Positions 26,550-37,019 of a DNA stretch of 57,759 nt are shown piece after piece. Position 1 is the stretch's first letter. Each line of letters begins with the position of its first letter. Origin of the DNA: an uncultured Anaerolineaceae bacterium (GTDB taxonomy: Bacteria > Chloroflexota > Anaerolineae > Anaerolineales > DRMV01). The translations under genes were made by a program, and so were the position numbers. Location: assembly GCA_964450875.1 (NCBI GenBank), contig CAYVHG010000103.1:1-57759 (forward strand). Reading direction: 5' to 3'. The notes below the pieces were generated by a model. It was not told the DNA's origin and made no database searches. It saw only the letters and a program-made list of their open reading frames with translations.

Positions 26550-27320
26550 TCAGTTCAAGTGAGCCTGCATCCGCTTGGAAAGCAGCGCCTCCAGTTCCTT
26601 GACCCGCTTCTTGGCATCGGTGCGGGCCTTGCCGGTGGCCTTTTCCATGTCTGCGCGGGCGCGCTTGAGGGCGTCCAGCAGGGCCATTTCCATCGGCGTC
26701 GGAACGTAGTCTTGCGGTTCGGCTGCTTTGTCGCTCTTCCCGTTGCCCGCCTTTTTGGCCTTGCGGCGGGTGGGGCGATTGACCTCTTTCATGATTTCTT
26801 CGGGCTTTGGCTCGAGGGCTTTCATGCTGAGCTTGATCTGGCGCTTGCGGCGGCTGACGGCAATCACCTGGGCTTCCACTTCGTCGCCTTCCTGCACCAG
26901 GTCGCGCGGCGAGCGGATGAAGCCGTGGGTCATTTCGCTGATGTGCACCAGCCCAGGCACTTCGGCGCCGATGTTGACGAAGACGCCATATTTTTCCACC
27001 CGCTCGACTTTGCCTTTGACCGTCATCCCGACCTTGATTTCGCGCCATTCGAGGTCGAGCGGCTTGATCATGGTAAGTTCGACGATGCCTTTCGGGGTGA
27101 TGCGGCGCACCCACACTTCCACTTCGTCGCCCACATTGACGACGTCTTCCACTTTCTTGACAGGCTCTTCGCGCAGTTGGGAAATATGCACGACGGCCGG
27201 CTTCCCCACACCGATATCCACAACAGCCCCCGCTGTGGTGGTCTTGATGACTTTGCCGGTGAAGTGCATCTTGCGTTGGATCTCCGTACCATCCGGGGCA
27301 GTCACAGTTTGAACACTCAT
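26550..27320 (-). CDS. S1 RNA-binding domain protein (two S1 domains plus a basic C-terminal tail)
   Basis: Two repeats of the S1 pattern (GKVIKTTTAGAVVDIG...VHISQL and GKVERVEKYGVFVNIG...VHISEM), followed by a Lys/Arg-rich tail. Confidence 0.8.
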   Translation of the reverse strand: MSVQTVTAPDGTEIQRKMHFTGKVIKTTTAGAVVDIGVGKPAVVHISQLREEPVKKVEDVVNVGDEVEVWVRRITPKGIVELTMIKPLDLEWREIKVGMTVKGKVERVEKYGVFVNIGAEVPGLVHISEMTHGFIRSPRDLVQEGDEVEAQVIAVSRRKRQIKLSMKALEPKPEEIMKEVNRPTRRKAKKAGNGKSDKAAEPQDYVPTPMEMALLDALKRARADMEKATGKARTDAKKRVKELEALLSKRMQAHLN

Positions 27321-27576
27321 GGCAACACTCCTTTGTTCAAAGTTCGCGAAAAAACGTGCCGCCCGCCGTTGTTTCCGGTGTTCGGCAACGGGTAATTATA
27401 CCTTAAAGGCGGGCAATAGGTCAGCCTGCGGCCAAGACTTGTTCGAATTGCAATGCAATCGCAACGTTTGGAACGGAAAAGCGCGCCGCACCGCGGCCTT
27501 CGGGGGGCATTTGGTGGGGGAGGCGCATCTGCCCTGAAATTCGTGCGCCCTGCGGTTTTGCCTGCGGCCGTGCGCA

Positions 27577-27605
27577 TTGACGCCCTCCCGCGGCCGTGGT
27601 ATCAT
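27577..27605 (+). promoter_or_regulatory. hrcA operon promoter
   Basis: TTGACG (27577-27582), 17 nt, then TATCAT (27600-27605) preceded by GTGG, placed directly upstream of CIRCE. Confidence 0.6.
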
Positions 27606-27619
27606 AAAGGCACCAAAAA

Positions 27620-27646
27620 TTAGCACTCTCAAGCCAAGAGTGCTAA
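27620..27646 (+). promoter_or_regulatory. CIRCE operator (HrcA binding site)
   Basis: Perfect consensus TTAGCACTC-N9-GAGTGCTAA, 25 nt upstream of the hrcA start. Confidence 0.95.
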
Positions 27647-27670
27647 TTTTCGCTTCCCTGAGAGGCTGCT

Positions 27671-28735
27671 ATGTCGCCCCGTCGTAAACGCACGCCCCCG
27701 CCGGGGGAAGAACTTACGCCTCGACAACAATTCCTGCTCACCCTCATCGTGCGCGATCATGTGGCTACGGCGCAACCTGTGGGTTCCAGCCGGTTGGTGA
27801 AGCGCTACCACCTCGGCATCAGTCCGGCGACCGTGCGCAACGAGATGGCGGTGCTCACCGAGAAAGGCTACCTGACCCAACCACACACCTCGGCGGGGCG
27901 CATTCCCACGCCGAAAGGCTACCGCTTTTTCGTGGAGCAGCTGTTAGAGCGCAGCGATTTGCCGCTGGAAACCCAGCGCACGATTGCCCACCAGTTCTAC
28001 CAGGCGCAGGAAGACGTAGACCAGTGGATGCAGTTGGCGGCGTCGGTGTTGGCGCAGCAAGCGCGGGCGGCTTCTTTGGTCACCGCGCCGCACCCCGAAG
28101 AAGCCCGCTACAAGCATTTGGAACTGATTGGCATTCGGGGGCGGCAGGTGTTGCTGGTGCTGGTGTTGGTGGGCGGCGAAGTGCGGCAGCGGCTGCTGCA
28201 CCTGGCCGAGGCTCTGCCGCAGAGCCGCCTGAGCGCCGTGGCCGAGCGCCTCAACGCTCGTTACGCCGGGCGCACGCTGGAAGCCATCCGCAGCGCGCCG
28301 CGCCCGCCCGATGCCCTCGAGGCCGACATCCGCCGCGTGGTGGTGGATGAAATGGAAGAGACGGCCCAACACCTGGTGGAAGCCGTCTATCGCGACGGGT
28401 TGGCGCATGTGCTGGCCGAGCCGGAATTTACCCAGCCCGAAACAGCCCGCCGCGCCCTCGCAATGTTGGAAAACCGCGCCTTGCTGGAACGCCTGCTGCG
28501 GCGCGTGGCTTCCCAGGCCGAGATCGGCAGCGTGCAGGTGCTGGTGGGCAGCGAAGACTGGGAAGAACTGCGCCATTGTTCCCTCGTGTTGGCGCGCTAT
28601 GGCGCGCCGGGCCTTGCCACCGGCATGGTCGGCGTGTTAGGCCCTACCCGCATGGCTTACAGCAATGCGATCCCCACGGTGCGTTTTGTCGCCCGTTTGC
28701 TCAGCGACATGGTCACCGAAACTCTGGCAGAATAG
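27671..28735 (+). CDS. hrcA: heat-inducible transcription repressor HrcA
   Basis: 354 aa. The N-terminal winged helix (LTPRQQFLLTLIVRDHVATAQPVGS...SPATVRNEMAVLTEKGYL.QPHTSAGRIPT) is diagnostic. Confidence 0.95.
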   Translation: MSPRRKRTPPPGEELTPRQQFLLTLIVRDHVATAQPVGSSRLVKRYHLGISPATVRNEMAVLTEKGYLTQPHTSAGRIPTPKGYRFFVEQLLERSDLPLETQRTIAHQFYQAQEDVDQWMQLAASVLAQQARAASLVTAPHPEEARYKHLELIGIRGRQVLLVLVLVGGEVRQRLLHLAEALPQSRLSAVAERLNARYAGRTLEAIRSAPRPPDALEADIRRVVVDEMEETAQHLVEAVYRDGLAHVLAEPEFTQPETARRALAMLENRALLERLLRRVASQAEIGSVQVLVGSEDWEELRHCSLVLARYGAPGLATGMVGVLGPTRMAYSNAIPTVRFVARLLSDMVTETLAE

Positions 28736-28747
28736 GGAGAACCAGAC

Positions 28748-29407
28748 ATGGCAAAGAAGAAAAAGCACACCACTCCGCCCCGTGAGGAAGAAGAACGCCG
28801 CGCCGAGGCGGAGGCCGTTGCCGAAACGGCCGCCGAGGCTGCGCCCGCGGCTCCGGCGGAAAGCGCCTCGGCTGCCGCGGAGGAGGCCGAAGCCCCCGAA
28901 GCGGCTTCCCCGCCCGCGGAAGAGGCCGAAGCCGCCGATGAGACGGCTTCTTTGCAGGCCGAGTTGGAAAGCACCCGTGCCCAAATGCAGGAATACCTCG
29001 ACGGCTGGCAGCGCGAGCGCGCCGCTTTTGCCAACTACCGCCGCCGTGTGGAAGAGCAGCAAGAGCAGGCCCGCCGCGAACTGGTGGCCAGCATTGCCAA
29101 GCGCTACCTCGAAGTGCTGGACGACCTGGAACTGGCGCTGAAAAACAAGCCCACCGAGGGCGAAGGGGCGGCCTGGGCCGAAGGCATCGAGCTCATTTAT
29201 CGCAAGATGTTGGCCGTGTTGGAAGCCGAAGGCGTCAAACCGATGGATATCCGCCCGGGTATGCCTTTCGACCCGCGCTTCCACGAAGCCATTACTCACG
29301 AGCCGCACGACGAGCACGGCAGTGAGGAAATCATCGAGGTCGTGCGGCAGGGCTATATGATCGGCGACCAGGTGCTGCGCCCGGCGCTGGTGCGGGTGGC
29401 GCAATAA
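28748..29407 (+). CDS. grpE: nucleotide exchange factor GrpE
   Basis: An Ala/Glu-rich N-terminus is followed by the GrpE core (YLDGWQRERAAFANYRRR...FDPRFHEAI...GYMIGDQVLRPALVRV). Confidence 0.95.
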   Translation: MAKKKKHTTPPREEEERRAEAEAVAETAAEAAPAAPAESASAAAEEAEAPEAASPPAEEAEAADETASLQAELESTRAQMQEYLDGWQRERAAFANYRRRVEEQQEQARRELVASIAKRYLEVLDDLELALKNKPTEGEGAAWAEGIELIYRKMLAVLEAEGVKPMDIRPGMPFDPRFHEAITHEPHDEHGSEEIIEVVRQGYMIGDQVLRPALVRVAQ

Positions 29408-29463
29408 GGCGTGGCCTGCCGGCGAGGTTGTGACCGCTTCTCGCGTTGAGAAAGGATGCACTC

Positions 29464-31251
29464 ATGGGAAAAACGATAGGTATCGATTTGGGCACCACCA
29501 ACTCGGTGGCCGCGGTGATTTCCGGCGGTGAGCCCACCATCATCCCCTCGGCCGAAGGTGAGCGTTTGGTGCCCTCGGTGGTGGCGGTGAAGAAAGGCGA
29601 GCGGCTGGTCGGGCGGGTAGCCCGTAACCAGGCCATCGTCAACCCCGAGAACACCATTTCCTCGGTCAAGCGCTTCATGGGGCGCAAATACGACGACCCC
29701 GAAGTGGCCGAAGCCCGCAAACGCATTCCCTATAAAGTGACGGCGGCGCCCAATGGCGACGTGCGCGTCATCATGGGCGGCAAGGAATACGCCCCGCCGG
29801 AAATTTCGGCCATGATTTTGCAAAAAATCAAAGCCGACGCCGAGGCTTTCCTCGGCGAGCCGGTGACCCAGGCCGTCATCACCGTGCCGGCCTATTTCAA
29901 CGACGCTCAGCGCAATGCCACCAAAGACGCCGGCCGCATCGCCGGGCTGGAGGTGCTGCGCATCATCAACGAGCCGACGGCCTCGGCGCTGGCTTACGGC
30001 CTCGACCGCAAGCAAAACGAAACCATCGCCGTTTACGACCTCGGCGGCGGCACTTTCGACATTTCCATTTTGGAGGTCGGGGAAGGCGTTTTCCAGGTGC
30101 TGGCCACCCGCGGCGATACTTTCCTCGGCGGCGACGATTTCGACCAGGCCATCATGGATTACCTCATCGGGGAATTCCAGGAGGCCGAGGGCATCGACCT
30201 GCGGGAAGACCGCAACGCTTTGCAGCGCCTCAAAGACGCCGCCGAAAAGGCCAAAAAAGAGCTCTCGACCATGCTCCAGACCGAGATCAATTTGCCTTAC
30301 ATCACCATCACCAACGAAGGCCCCAAGCACTTGGTGACCACCCTGACGCGGGCCAAACTGGAGCAGCTGACCGCCTCTCTCATCGAGCGCACCTTGCGGC
30401 CGATGGAAGAAGCCCTGCGAGATGCTGGCCTCACCGCCCACGATATCGACGAGGTGGTGCTCGTCGGCGGTATGACCCGTATGCCCGCGGTGCAAGAGGC
30501 TGTGGCCAAATTCTTCGGCAAGGAGCCGCACAAAGGCGTCAACCCCGACGAGGTGGTTGCCTTGGGCGCAGCCATTCAGGCCGGGGTGCTCGGCGGTGAG
30601 GTGACCGACATCCTGTTGCTGGACGTCACCCCGCTGACGCTTTCCATCGAGACGCTGGGAGGCATCGCTACTCCCATCATCCCGCGCAATACCACCATCC
30701 CGACCCGCAAAAGCCAGGTCTTCTCGACGGCTTCCGACAACCAGACGCAGGTGGAAATCCACGTCTTGCAGGGCGAGCGCCCCCTGGCCAAAGACAACAA
30801 ATCGCTGGGGCGTTTCATTCTGGATGGCATCCCGCCGGCGCCGCGCGGCGTGCCCAAAATCGAGGTTACCTTCGACCTGGACGCCAACGGCATTCTGAAA
30901 GTGACCGCCCAAGACCAGGCCACCGGCCGTAAGCAGCACATCACCATTACGGCGTCGTCGGGCTTGAGCGAAGAGGAAATCCGCCGGATGCAAGAGGAAG
31001 CCGAAAAATTTGCAGCGGAAGACCGCCAGCGGCGCGAACGCATCGAAGCGGCAAACGAAGCCGAGCAAGTGGCCTACGGCGCGGAGAAGGTGCTGCGCGA
31101 TTTGGGCGAGAAGATTCCCGCCGAGCAGCAGGAACGCATTCGCACCGCGGTGGCCGCGCTGCGCGAAGTTGCCGCCGACGAAAGCGCCACCGCCGAAGCG
31201 ATTCGTGAGGCGATTCGCGCCGTGCAAGAAGCCCTGCCGCAGGCGGTCTAA
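29464..31251 (+). CDS. dnaK: molecular chaperone DnaK (Hsp70)
   Basis: [32 protein letters not shown]. The start is the ATG at 29464 within track ORF 29446..31251. Confidence 0.97.
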   Translation: MGKTIGIDLGTTNSVAAVISGGEPTIIPSAEGERLVPSVVAVKKGERLVGRVARNQAIVNPENTISSVKRFMGRKYDDPEVAEARKRIPYKVTAAPNGDVRVIMGGKEYAPPEISAMILQKIKADAEAFLGEPVTQAVITVPAYFNDAQRNATKDAGRIAGLEVLRIINEPTASALAYGLDRKQNETIAVYDLGGGTFDISILEVGEGVFQVLATRGDTFLGGDDFDQAIMDYLIGEFQEAEGIDLREDRNALQRLKDAAEKAKKELSTMLQTEINLPYITITNEGPKHLVTTLTRAKLEQLTASLIERTLRPMEEALRDAGLTAHDIDEVVLVGGMTRMPAVQEAVAKFFGKEPHKGVNPDEVVALGAAIQAGVLGGEVTDILLLDVTPLTLSIETLGGIATPIIPRNTTIPTRKSQVFSTASDNQTQVEIHVLQGERPLAKDNKSLGRFILDGIPPAPRGVPKIEVTFDLDANGILKVTAQDQATGRKQHITITASSGLSEEEIRRMQEEAEKFAAEDRQRRERIEAANEAEQVAYGAEKVLRDLGEKIPAEQQERIRTAVAALREVAADESATAEAIREAIRAVQEALPQAV

Positions 31252-31327
31252 AGCGCTGCTTGCCGGGGCTGCTGCCGAGGGGGGCGGGCGCGTTGGCTGC
31301 TTCCCTGCCCGCAATCGGCGGCGCGTA

Positions 31328-31381
31328 ACGCCCTCGACGGGCGGACGACTTCCCTGGCAGGGCGCCGAGGGCGTGTTTTCG
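31328..31381 (+). terminator. possible partial terminator/attenuator between dnaK and dnaJ
   Basis: ACGCCCTCG...CGAGGGCGT (9-bp closing stem, 31328-31336 and 31366-31374) encloses an inner CCCTG-G-CAGGG hairpin and is followed by GTTTTCG. Confidence 0.35.
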
Positions 31382-31421
31382 ATGCCTCGACGTCCTATCC
31401 CTGTGCGGTTGAACATTTGCC

Positions 31422-32552
31422 ATGCCACGTGATTACTACGAAATTCTCGGCGTTCCGAGGAACGCCAGCCAGGATGAAATCAAGGCTGCCTTTCGGCGGC
31501 TGGCGCGCAAGTATCACCCCGATGTGAGCGCCGAGCCAGACGCCGAAGAGCGGTTTAAGGAAATCAACGAAGCCTATGCCGTGCTTTCCGACCCGCAGAA
31601 GCGAGCGGCCTACGACCGCTTTGGCCATGCGGGGGTAGGGGGCGCGGGCGGCGGCTTTCGCGGCGCGCCCGATTTCGGCATGGGCGACTTTGCCGATATT
31701 TTCGAAGAGATCTTCGGCTTTGGCGGCTTTGGGCGCGCGTGGGGGCAGGCCAATCGGCCGCGGCCACGGCGCGGCCGTGACCTGCAAATTACCCTCACTT
31801 TGGAATTCGAGGAAGCCGTCTTTGGGGCGGAAAAGGAAGTGCGCTTTACCCGTTCGGAGACCTGCCACACCTGCGGCGGCACCGGCGCCGCGCCGGGAAC
31901 CCAGCCTCAAACGTGCCCGACCTGCCACGGCAGCGGGCGGGTGCGCCAAACGCGCACGACTTTCTTCGGCACGATGGTGCAGGAAACCCTTTGCCCGACG
32001 TGCCGCGGCCAGGGCAAGGTCATTCCACAGCCTTGCCCGACATGCCGCGGGCGCGGCGTAGAGCGCCGCACGGTGCAAAAGGTGGTGGCCGTGCCGCCGG
32101 GCGTGGATAGCGGCACGCAAATTCGGTTGGCCGGCGAGGGCGAACCCGGCGAAAACGGCGGCCCCCCTGGCGACCTTTACATCAAGGTCAAGGTCAAGTC
32201 CCACCGCTTCTTCCAGCGCCGCGGCGACGACATCATCTTGCATCTCAACATCAACGTGGCGCAGGCGGCGCTGGGCGCCGAGGTCGAGGTGCCCACGGTG
32301 GATGGCCCTCACACCCTCCGCATCCCCGCAGGCACACAGCCGGGGCAAACTTTCCGCCTGAAGGGCAAGGGCGTGCCCCATTTGCAGCGGAGCGGGCGCG
32401 GCGATCAGATCGTGGTCGTCAATGTGGAAATCCCCACCCGCCTCGACGAGCGCCAGCGCGCCCTCTTCCACGAACTGGGGCGCAGCCTGGGCACCGAGGT
32501 CAAGCCCCAGGAACGCAGTTTTTTGGATAAGTTGAAAGATCTGCTGGGTTGA
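31422..32552 (+). CDS. dnaJ: co-chaperone DnaJ
   Basis: J domain ([31 protein letters not shown]), a G/F region and four CxxCxGxG zinc-finger repeats. Confidence 0.97.
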   Translation: MPRDYYEILGVPRNASQDEIKAAFRRLARKYHPDVSAEPDAEERFKEINEAYAVLSDPQKRAAYDRFGHAGVGGAGGGFRGAPDFGMGDFADIFEEIFGFGGFGRAWGQANRPRPRRGRDLQITLTLEFEEAVFGAEKEVRFTRSETCHTCGGTGAAPGTQPQTCPTCHGSGRVRQTRTTFFGTMVQETLCPTCRGQGKVIPQPCPTCRGRGVERRTVQKVVAVPPGVDSGTQIRLAGEGEPGENGGPPGDLYIKVKVKSHRFFQRRGDDIILHLNINVAQAALGAEVEVPTVDGPHTLRIPAGTQPGQTFRLKGKGVPHLQRSGRGDQIVVVNVEIPTRLDERQRALFHELGRSLGTEVKPQERSFLDKLKDLLG

Positions 32553-32558
32553 ACGAGC

Positions 32559-32588
32559 GCCCCCAGGGTTCTGTTGCACCCTGGGGGC
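32559..32588. terminator. hairpin between convergent dnaJ and the histidine kinase gene
   Basis: 11-bp stem GCCCCCAGGGT/ACCCTGGGGGC with an 8-nt loop. No strong T-run follows. Confidence 0.5.
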
Positions 32589-32603
32589 GGTGTGCGTTTG
32601 GCT

Positions 32604-33998
32604 TTAGGCGGCTTCCTCTGGGGGCTTGGTGGTTTCCTTGAGAAGCGGCAGACGCACTGTAAAGGTGGTGCCTTCCCCCAGTTGGGAGGCCGCTTCGATG
32701 CTTCCCCCGTGGTGTTTTACGATCCAGTAAGCGATGGAAAGCCCCAGCCCGAAGCCCTGCCCGCGGCTGCGGGCTTTGTCGGCGCGGTAGAACCGCTCGA
32801 AAACATGGGGCAGGTCTTCGGGGGGAATGCCCGGGCCGGTGTCGCTGACCCGGCAGACGGCCCAGCCGTCGGCTTCGCCGAGAGTGAGGGTCACTTGGCC
32901 GCCGCGGGGGGTGTATTTCACCGCGTTGCCCACCAGGTTGATGAACACCTGTTTCAGCCGGTCGGGGTCGCCTTCGACCTGCACGGGGCGGTCGATGCGC
33001 ACTTCCAGCGCGACGCCTTTCTGCCGCGCCACGACCTGCATCTCTCGCAGCACATCGGCCAACACCGCGTCGAGGGGAACGGCTTCCCGCCGCAGCGGGA
33101 GTTTGCCCGCTTCGGCGCGCGCCAGCAGCAGCAGGTCTTCGACCAGACGGCCAAGACGGTCGGTCTCTTCTTCGATGCTATCCAGCGCTTCGGGGTCCAA
33201 TTGGCCGATGCGCCGCATCCACTGGGCGTTCCCTTTGATGACGGTGAGGGGGGTGCGCAATTCGTGCCCGACGTCGGCGATGAAGCGCCGCTGGGCCTGG
33301 AAAAGGGCTTCCAGGCGGGCCAGCGTGGCGTTGAAGGCTTGCACCAAGGTCCACACCTCGTCGCCCGCGCCGCGCGGCACCGGAATGCGGCGGGAGAGGT
33401 CGTCGGCGTGGGTGATTTGGTCGGCAAGGGCGGTGGCGTGGGCCAGGGGTTCCAGAGCGACGCCCACGCTGAAATACACCACCAGCGCGGCCAGAAGCAT
33501 GGCCAGCAGGGTCACGCTGACCAGCGCCACCAGCACCGCTTGGCGGGCTTGCTTGACCGGCGTCAGCGGCATGCCGATTTCCAGCGTGCCCACCCGCCGA
33601 CCGGTGAAGAAGATCGGCTCGGCCAGCACGCGCCAGACCTGATGGCCGTGGCGCTCGGTCAGCAGGGTGGGGCGGTCGACCGAGAACCCGCGCGCCGAGA
33701 GGGGGCTGTGCTGGCTCCAGCCGCCGGGGAGGGGCACCAGCCGCCCTTCTCGGTCCCACACTTGCACCACCACCCCCGCCGTCACGACCAGGTCGGGGGG
33801 CATGGAGACTTCCGGGCGTTGGATGTCGCGGACCTTGATTTGCATGACCAGCGCGGTGCCGGTCTGGATGAGGGCGCGGTCGACTTGGCGCATCAGCAAA
33901 ACCCCCACCACCCCATACACCGCCGCGCCGAACAGCAGGAACATCCCGCCTGTGACCAGGACGTAGAGCAAAGTCAGGCGGGCACGCAGGGTACGCAT
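32604..33998 (-). CDS. two-component sensor histidine kinase (2 TM, HAMP, HisKA, HATPase_c)
   Basis: H-box FIADVGHELRTPLT, N box NLVGNAVKYT, G boxes DTGPGI and GFGLGLSI. Confidence 0.9.
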   Translation of the reverse strand: MRTLRARLTLLYVLVTGGMFLLFGAAVYGVVGVLLMRQVDRALIQTGTALVMQIKVRDIQRPEVSMPPDLVVTAGVVVQVWDREGRLVPLPGGWSQHSPLSARGFSVDRPTLLTERHGHQVWRVLAEPIFFTGRRVGTLEIGMPLTPVKQARQAVLVALVSVTLLAMLLAALVVYFSVGVALEPLAHATALADQITHADDLSRRIPVPRGAGDEVWTLVQAFNATLARLEALFQAQRRFIADVGHELRTPLTVIKGNAQWMRRIGQLDPEALDSIEEETDRLGRLVEDLLLLARAEAGKLPLRREAVPLDAVLADVLREMQVVARQKGVALEVRIDRPVQVEGDPDRLKQVFINLVGNAVKYTPRGGQVTLTLGEADGWAVCRVSDTGPGIPPEDLPHVFERFYRADKARSRGQGFGLGLSIAYWIVKHHGGSIEAASQLGEGTTFTVRLPLLKETTKPPEEAA

Positions 33999-34007
33999 GG
34001 GGGTTCG

Positions 34008-34688
34008 TTACTCCTCGGCGTGTTCGCGCAGCACGTAGCCCACGCCTCGCAGGGTGTGGATGAGCCGCGGTTCGCCGCCCTCTTCCAATTTGCGGCGCAG
34101 ATAGCGGATGTACACTTCCAGCAGGTTGCTGGCCGCGCCGAAATCGTATTGCCACACTTGTTCGTAAATTTGCTCGCGGGTGAGCACTTGGCGCGGGTGG
34201 CGCATGAAGAGTTCCAACAGTTCGTATTCTTTGGCAGTGAGGGGGATGACGCGCTCGCCTCGACGGGCTTCGTGGGTGCCGGTGTCCAGTTCCAGGTCGG
34301 CAAAGCGATACACTTTCGGCTCTTCTTGCCGCGAGCGGCGCAGCAAGGCGCGAATGCGCGCCAGCAGTTCGTCCATGTTGAAGGGTTTGACCATGTAGTC
34401 GTCGGCGCCCATATCCAGCCCTTGGACGCGGTCGGCGACGCTGGTTTTGGCTGTCAGCATCAAGATGAGGACGTCGCCCATAGCGCGCAGCCGCCGCGCG
34501 ACTTCTATCCCGTCCATGCCGGGGAGCATCCAATCCAGAATGACCAGGTCGGGCATGTTGGCGCGGGCCAGGGCCAGCCCGGTCTCTCCGTCTTTGGCCA
34601 CGTCCACCTGATAGCCTTCGTAGGTCAGCGCGCGGCTCAGGAAGCGCACGATGCCGTCGTCGTCTTCGATGAGTAGCAGGTGAGGCAT
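34008..34688 (-). CDS. OmpR-family response regulator
   Basis: [13 protein letters not shown]...[14 protein letters not shown]...KPF receiver, with a winged-helix output domain ([15 protein letters not shown]...LRGVGY). GGAGGA SD. The track ORF starts upstream at 34742. Confidence 0.9.
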   Translation of the reverse strand: MPHLLLIEDDDGIVRFLSRALTYEGYQVDVAKDGETGLALARANMPDLVILDWMLPGMDGIEVARRLRAMGDVLILMLTAKTSVADRVQGLDMGADDYMVKPFNMDELLARIRALLRRSRQEEPKVYRFADLELDTGTHEARRGERVIPLTAKEYELLELFMRHPRQVLTREQIYEQVWQYDFGAASNLLEVYIRYLRRKLEEGGEPRLIHTLRGVGYVLREHAEE

Positions 34689-34931
34689 GTTTTCCTCCGT
34701 CTTCGTCTCCGCCGTTTGGGGGTTTCTCAAACTATACCACATTCTGATGTGAGGGAAACCGCGCTTTGGGTGCGGCGGTTGCTTTGGGCCTGGGCGCGCC
34801 AGGGGCGGGGGCAGCGTTTTGGCTGGTGGGGCACGGGCTGTTGCAAGCGCCGACAGAGCGTTCCCCCTTCGACCAGCCCCGGCCAGTTCTTTTTGCGATG
34901 CGCTGCGCCCGCTTTTTTTGTGGTAAACTTG

Positions 34932-34951
34932 GTTTAAGTTTTCGCTTAAAC
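34932..34951. promoter_or_regulatory. inverted repeat (candidate operator) overlapping the regulator/Wtp promoter
   Basis: GTTTAAG-N6-CTTAAAC is embedded in AAACTTGGTTTAAGTTTTCGCTTAAACTT, immediately downstream of a TGTGGTAAACT extended -10 and 19 nt upstream of the ATG at 34970. Confidence 0.45.
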
Positions 34952-34969
34952 TTCCGACCTCGTTTTGCC

Positions 34970-35935
34970 ATGAAACAAGCCCTGCCGCTCGCCACTTGGG
35001 AACAGACCCGCTTGCTGTCGGACCCGCGCCGCCTGCGTCTGCTGCGTTTGCTGATGGCGCGGCCGGCGACGCTTTCCCAATTGGCGCGCGCGGTGGGGCA
35101 GTCGCCGGCGTGGGTGCAGCATCATTTGCGCCAGCTGGTGCGCGCTGGCTTGGTGCAGGCCGAAGGCTCGGCCGGGCGAGGACGCCCGCGGACCTATCGC
35201 GCTGCCGCAGGCGCTTTTGTGTTGCAGCGGCTGGTGCTCCCCGAAAGCACGCGCCCCACCGCTGTGTTTGTCGGAAGCCACGACCTTGCCCTGGAACGCC
35301 TGGCCAGCCGCCTGGCCCCTCATCTGGACCTGGTGCTTTACCCTGTGGGCAGTCTGGATGGCCTGGTGAACTTGCGGCAGGGGTTGTGCCATCTCAGCGG
35401 CGCGCATTTGCTCGACGAAGATGGTTCGTACAACCTGCCGACGGTGCGGCGGCTGTTCCCGAGCGGGGGGGTGCGGGTTGTAACGCTGGCGCGGCGGGTG
35501 CAAGGGCTGATGTTTGCCCTCGGCAACCCGCATGGCATTCGTGGTTTGGAAGATTTGGCACGCCCTGACTTGCGCTTTGTGAACCGCAATCGGGGCTCGG
35601 GCACGCGGGTTTGGCTCGACGCTCGCCTGCGGGAACGCGGCATTGCTCCGCAGGCGGTGCGCGGCTATGGGCGCGAAGTGGCGACCCACACGGCCGCGGC
35701 GCGTGCGGTGGCCGCGGGCGAGGCCGATGTGGCTTTGGGGCTGGAGGCCGCTGCCCGGGCGGCGGGGCTGGGTTTCCTGCCGCTGTTCACCGAGCGCTTC
35801 GACCTGATCTTCCCGGAAGAGGCCACGCGTCCCCTGCTGCCTTTGCTGGAAGCCCTGCCCGGCGCTGATTTCCGCCGCCTGGCAGGCGATTTGCCCGGTT
35901 ATGACCTTGCCCCTGCCGGTACGGTGGTGGCGTGA
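34970..35935 (+). CDS. HTH (ArsR-like) transcriptional regulator fused to a periplasmic-binding-protein-like oxyanion-sensing domain
   Basis: N-terminus [48 protein letters not shown]. The C-terminal roughly 220 aa is PBP-like (GSHDLALE...[13 protein letters not shown]). It sits directly upstream of the WtpA-like gene. Confidence 0.7.
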   Translation: MKQALPLATWEQTRLLSDPRRLRLLRLLMARPATLSQLARAVGQSPAWVQHHLRQLVRAGLVQAEGSAGRGRPRTYRAAAGAFVLQRLVLPESTRPTAVFVGSHDLALERLASRLAPHLDLVLYPVGSLDGLVNLRQGLCHLSGAHLLDEDGSYNLPTVRRLFPSGGVRVVTLARRVQGLMFALGNPHGIRGLEDLARPDLRFVNRNRGSGTRVWLDARLRERGIAPQAVRGYGREVATHTAAARAVAAGEADVALGLEAAARAAGLGFLPLFTERFDLIFPEEATRPLLPLLEALPGADFRRLAGDLPGYDLAPAGTVVA

Positions 35936-36022
35936 GGCGCTTTGGCGTTGCGCGAGGGGCTTTCGCTTGCTCGCCGCGAGGCGTGTGCGCCCGATTTTGC
36001 GATTTCGAATGGAGGTTGCCCT

Positions 36023-36997
36023 GTGCGTTTGCGTTCGATTTCCCTCGTTTTGGTTTTGGCAGTGCTGTTCGCGGCTTGTGGCCGTGCTCGAACGACGCCT
36101 GCAGCCGGTGATGGGCTTTCCGGCACGGTGACGATTTTTCACGCCGGAAGCCTGACGGTGCCCATTCAGCAATTGACCGCGGCTTTCCACAAGCAGCACC
36201 CGGGGGTGACGTTCGCCACGGTATCGGGCGGCAGCCGCACGGTGGCCCGCAAAGTGAGCGAACTCGGCCAGCAAGCCGATTTGGTGTTCGTGGCCGACTA
36301 CACGGTGATCGACAACCTGCTCAAGCCCAAATTTGCCACCTGGAACATTCGTTTCGCTACCAATGCGATGGTCATCGCCTACACCGACCGCTCGAAATAT
36401 GCCAACGAAATCAACGCCGACAATTGGTACGACGTTTTGCTGCGCGATGGGGTGGTGTATGGGCATTCCGACCCCAACGCGGACCCCTGCGGCTATCGCA
36501 CGCTGATGGTGTGGCAGTTGGCCGAGGCATATTACAAAGCGCCCGGCCTGGCGCAGCGGCTCGACGACCATTGCCCGGCGGCCAACGTTCGCCCCAAAGC
36601 GGTAGAGCTGCTGGCGTTGCTGCAATCGGGCGATATGGATTACGCGTTCGAGTATCTTTCGGTGGCGGTGCAGCACCATTTGCGCTACGTGGCTTTGCCG
36701 CCGCAGCTCAACTTGAGCGACCCCCAATATGCCGATTTCTATGCCCAGGCGAAGGTGCAAATCAACGGTGCCAAGCCGGGGGAAACCGTGACCAAAACGG
36801 GCGCCCCAATTCTCTATGGCGTGACCATTCCCACGAATGCACCGCATCCCGAGCTGGCGACGGCGTTTCTGGCTTTTGTGTTGGGCCCGCAAGGGCAGGC
36901 TATTTTGCAGGAAGCCGGCCAACCGCCGCTCGACCCGCCCGTTGCCGACGCCCCCGATAGCCTGCCTGCTCCCCTCCGTCCGCTGGTACAGCCGTAA
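36023..36997 (+). CDS. tungstate/molybdate ABC transporter substrate-binding lipoprotein (WtpA/ModA-like)
   Basis: The GTG lies after GGAGG. Lipobox LFAAC. FHAGSLTVP...VSGGSR...DLVFVADY...HSDPNADPCGYR is characteristic of WtpA-type oxyanion binders. Confidence 0.75.
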   Translation: MRLRSISLVLVLAVLFAACGRARTTPAAGDGLSGTVTIFHAGSLTVPIQQLTAAFHKQHPGVTFATVSGGSRTVARKVSELGQQADLVFVADYTVIDNLLKPKFATWNIRFATNAMVIAYTDRSKYANEINADNWYDVLLRDGVVYGHSDPNADPCGYRTLMVWQLAEAYYKAPGLAQRLDDHCPAANVRPKAVELLALLQSGDMDYAFEYLSVAVQHHLRYVALPPQLNLSDPQYADFYAQAKVQINGAKPGETVTKTGAPILYGVTIPTNAPHPELATAFLAFVLGPQGQAILQEAGQPPLDPPVADAPDSLPAPLRPLVQP

Positions 36998-37019
36998 CCC
37001 TCTTTTCGACTTTCTTCCC

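Noticed and set aside
27321-27576. Possible small RNA or repeat (TTGCAATGCAATCGCAA) between the S1-domain gene and hrcA.
   Set aside because: It is only a short imperfect TGCAAT duplication. The region is adequately explained by the divergent promoters (minus-strand GGTATAAT at about 27394-27401, plus-strand TTGACG-17-TATCAT).
35936-36022. Moco (molybdenum cofactor) riboswitch in front of the WtpA-like gene.
   Set aside because: The gap is only 87 nt and lacks the conserved Moco motif elements I could recall. Regulation by the adjacent HTH-PBP regulator is more plausible.
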